A stretch of DNA of 64,000 nt from Eutreptiella sp. 'Long Island Sound 2002' (lineage: Eukaryota; Protista; Euglenida), in the NCBI GenBank assembly GCA_964036045.1, contig OZ038379.1:26102001-26166000 (forward strand), in the 5' to 3' direction. Below the pieces are notes generated by a model. It was not told the DNA's origin, did no database searches, and worked only from the letters and a program-made list of their open reading frames with translations. The stretch's first letter is position 1, and every line of letters begins with the position of its first letter. The position numbers and the translations under genes were made by a program. Shown one piece after another: positions 60,214 to 64,000 of the stretch.

Positions 60214-63200
60214 TCTGATTGCACCCACATAGTAGGTGGTAGGGTTTTTTATTTTCAACGGGCTCTGTGCTCACTTTGTGCTTCACAAAGACTGCCCATA
60301 TATTGTCAGGGTTTGGCTAACAGGGTACGGGTGATAACAGCCAGGAATTGCTGTTTTTTTTTCTTTTTCCTTTTTTCCTTTTTTTGCGAGAGTGCTCTTG
60401 CCAGCGCTGGCATCAGTCTTTGGTGTTCAGATATGGGCAACAATTTCTGTGTATGCGCCATTGAGGCGAATGCTGCTCGGAAACAAAGGCTGTGGTACAT
60501 GGCCCAAGTTTCGTGTTCGTGTGTAAATTGTTTGCTGAAAACCTGGTTTTTTGCATGATAGCATGTGGAAATGGGTGTTGCACATGTCTCAACCTGACAC
60601 TTTTGAGATATTTCTCTGACACTCTTCTGACACTCAGGTTTGCAAAGATTTGCAGTTTGAGGAGGTTTGGCATGATACAGTCAAGATATTCTGCCAAACT
60701 ATGCACAGTACATTGGATATCCCAGACAAAAAGCCTGAAATGGTTGACCACATGCATCATTTTGTTCTCGCTTGTTGTCCTGCGTGTCCTGTGTGTCCTG
60801 TGTTGCTGAGTGCTGCAAAATGTTGCTGATGTTTTCGAAAAAATACATTTTAAATTGCAGAAGTGGTTTTGCTAGGTGCGCTAGGTATTAGTGAGCAATC
60901 GTCATCTGAAAATTGCATTGAGACAGTTTTTTTTGGCATGCAAGCCTATGTGGGGTAAGTGTTAGGTCTACTCGGGTTGGAGACAGATGTGATATTTTGA
61001 CAGGAAATGTGTATCACAAATGCCCCCATTTCATGAACCACAGCTCCTCCCCATGGGACCCACGCATTTGATATTGCCCAATTTTGATTCCCATTAAGTA
61101 CCCAAAAAGATGTTTCACCACACACATAGTTATAGTGATTAAACCACCCCGAACTGGCTATGAAACTAACCCCGTTCCCCATTTGTGGCCATTTTGGACC
61201 CCGAGGGGGTTTTTGTTCCATGTGGAGGTGGTTTTGTCACTACATTGGGGGCGGTTTTATCTAGCTTTTTTTTGTGGGGGGTTTATTACTTTTGGGGGTG
61301 GGTTTATCACCCCATTAAGAGGATATGGCCCATCTCCACATGAATTAGAACGGTAAGAGGTGAAGACAGGGGTTGCTGGGTGTCAATATGTTTTGCAGCG
61401 AACCATGTTTGCAAGTTATGCAATTGGATAATAATAACTGTGCATGTGTGCATGTTTTCAAAGCATTTTTGAATACAGCAAAGCAAATTTCCGCTTGCTA
61501 GTGTCATTTGATGCGGTTATGCGCCTACACTGCTTGTTGCCTATGGTAAGGACACTTTGTGTTCAGAGGGGGTTGGTGATGGCATAAAGGATGGTGTTGT
61601 GATGCTCTTGGGTCCCCGTTCATTATGGGGAACCTCATTTTTGGTGAGTGTATTCAACCTTTTCTCCTGCTCTCGACTACTGCTCCGATTTTTGTTGAAC
61701 AGATCGTTGATGCCCAACCAGGGATGTCATGTTAAGTTGAGGACATCATAAGTAGTTTCTTTTCAATTTTTTTTTTCTGGTTTAAATGACGTGATCTAGA
61801 GGACCGGTGGCATGGGTAGACACAAGAGTGTTTTAACCGGCAAAGGAGTGGGTGAGAGAACACTTTGGCCTTTAGGGAATCAATGAGAGCAAAGAAGTCT
61901 GACGTGTTCTCAAACTGCTCATTATTTAGGGTTGTCCATGAATTCATGTTTACTTGAGGTGCTGTTCTTTTTTTTACAACTTGCTGTAGCATACATTGGT
62001 AGGCGTAGTTGCAATGTGCTTTTTGGTTATACGGCTGGGTGTTCTTGAGGGACGACCAACAACAAAACAATATGTGATTGAAAGTAGCTGTACAAAAGGC
62101 AGCAACATGGGGTTTGTTTAATTGTTATTCCCAGGCCAATCCATTGTAGCACACAAGTTTGAAAGCAGGCACGCTTTGGAGGTGACCGTTAGTTTTTTTT
62201 TCTTCACTTTTGTACAAGATTTGCTGCCTTTTGGTTTTCACTTGGAATGGTTGTTATTCAACCGTTTCGATATCGTCGGATATGCACTGCAATTGCAAAT
62301 TTTGTTCTATTTGTTTGTTGGCCCAGAGTTGTTTGGTCTGTTCTATTCATTATCATGCCGTTTTAGCCGCACATACATTTCGGGTTCAGAGAAAAGTGTG
62401 TTTTCGGGATCGTCAATGCATTAGGCAACCATGGTAAGCACCATGCCATAGCCAATCGGGGTGGTTGTTCCCATCAATAACAATGACAACATCATATAGG
62501 TTTAGTGTAGGTTGTCTGATCGGCAGATCACTCTTATTGCATTACTTTTGGCAAAGTTTTTTTGTTTGGATAAACCACTTCATGACCAAAAAAATGCTAC
62601 CTCTGCTCAAAAGAGGTAACCTCTTAAATCTTCTTATCTCCGAAAGGTGTACCTTCCTGTAGAAAAGGGACGTTTTTACCAGAGGATGCGAGACTTATCT
62701 CTTCCAAGGAGTGCGTCTATTTTGTACACTCAGATAGTATGATCCATCCTCAAATAGTTGATGTTTTTGGCCCTCAAGCCTACAATAAAACCGCGTTAAG
62801 CGTTTGGAACAGTGATTTTATCACTTGTGGGCGAGAGTTTTTGTTGCCACTACCACGCAAACACAACACATACACATGGAGCTCAAATAATTGACCTTAG
62901 GGCATGGTACTTTTTTCAAAAGTTGGAACCTCTTATCTGTTACGGAAGAAGGTAAGAGGTTTTAACAAAATTTCATCCTGGAGCTTATAAAAAACTTGGT
63001 TCAAAACGGAAATGATTACTTGTTTTCAAAAGGGGTAACCTCTTAAAGCCTCTTACGTCCACAACCTTTGCCGTGCCCTAATCCGCGCACATGTACGGCA
63101 ACATGTATTGGGCAATCAGGGAAGAAATAGAATGACCCATGCACAATGGACCAACCTTTAGCACATGAACGTAGCGCAAGGTGGTGTTGTAGCTTGGTAT

Positions 63201-64000
63201 AGTGCTACACGGCGTATGCGAATATGCCTCTTGGCACTACGAATACTCCGTTTTGGGATCCGGTCAATCTGTTTGATAAAATCTTCAAGGACAGAAAGTG
63301 CAGCAATCGGCCACTGGAAGTGCAATCCATCGCTGAAAGTCAAAATAAGGTAAAATTACCGGTTTGTAAACCATTCGCCTGTGTGTATACCACCTAAACC
63401 TAAACCTAAACCTAAGTATTTTGTGTTCCAAAGTCTTTTGCAGCATGTATTACACTCAGGTACAAAGGGCACACATTTTCCTCATTTTTCCGTACCTTTG
63501 TTTGCCCCTCTCATGTCATACTATGCCGTTGGTATTCAAAGCTTCCCGCTTGCACCAAAAAATTTTCACATAAACCTGTTTTTTTCTTTAAATTTTTTCG
63601 ATGAAAGAAGAGATGACTTTAAAACAGCACTGTTTTTGCAGTGAAGTTCAAGCTCCACGCACGAACAGCAACAAAACCGAAAATTTCAAAAGCATTGTGT
63701 CGTGCGAGGTTGCGCTCTGCTCACAGTGTCAACTCATAACATCGAACAAAAAACTCCGCGTTAACAAACATAAAATCTACACCTCACCGTAGCACGGCGA
63801 ATAGAAATCAAAGTGAGCAGTTACAAAGGGTAGGGCAGGTAATGTTTTGATTCCTCTTTTTGAACATATCAAACTAGTTATGACCCGTTTTCATTTTAGC
63901 ACCCCCAAGACCGCCAAATTTCTACCTTTGTGGAGACCTCGTGCTTGGTTAAGAACTTGTGGTTGCGGAAGAACTGGGAATGGATGGAGAGCTCGTACTT

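Noticed and set aside
63392-63415. Telomeric repeat (CCTAAA)n
   Set aside because: Only about 3-4 units, internal, and not the TTAGGG-type unit expected for the inferred lineage.
60900-64000. Genes downstream of importin-alpha
   Set aside because: Only short ORFs and small dispersed repeats (for example AACCTCTTA motifs at 62.6-63.1 kb); nothing supportable.

Overview
A repeat-dense eukaryotic window with spliceosomal GT-AG introns and no rRNA, tRNA or CRISPR that I could support. About 0.5-48 kb is dominated by nested transposons that can be taken apart base by base from target-site duplications (TSDs) and restored reading frames. A minus-strand RNase H-bearing non-LTR retrotransposon (about 11.4-23.4 kb) is interrupted by three elements: an 8-bp-TSD DNA element, an apparently near-complete tyrosine-recombinase retrotransposon (gag-YR-RT/RNaseH order, split direct repeats, inserted at the centre of a perfect att-like palindrome) and a PIF/Harbinger-type derivative. 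Next to it, a 4.1-kb PIF/Harbinger-like element encodes a spliced 845-aa Tudor/SH3-like + DDE transposase and sits inside a deleted copy of its own family. Another derivative has apparently captured the last exon of a nearby gene. Host genes are a complete 12-exon importin-alpha (56733-60213, 527 aa), a small orphan Cys/His zinc-finger-like gene (37395-38240) and a partly resolved divergent gene (about 53.7-54.4 kb). A euglenozoan (euglenid-like) origin is inferred, not proven, from the VIPER/TATE-like gene order, acceptor sites just upstream of start codons and GTGTG-type donors. Many ORFs in the six-frame track are microsatellite or antisense artefacts. No database searches were run; family names rest on motifs recognised by eye.
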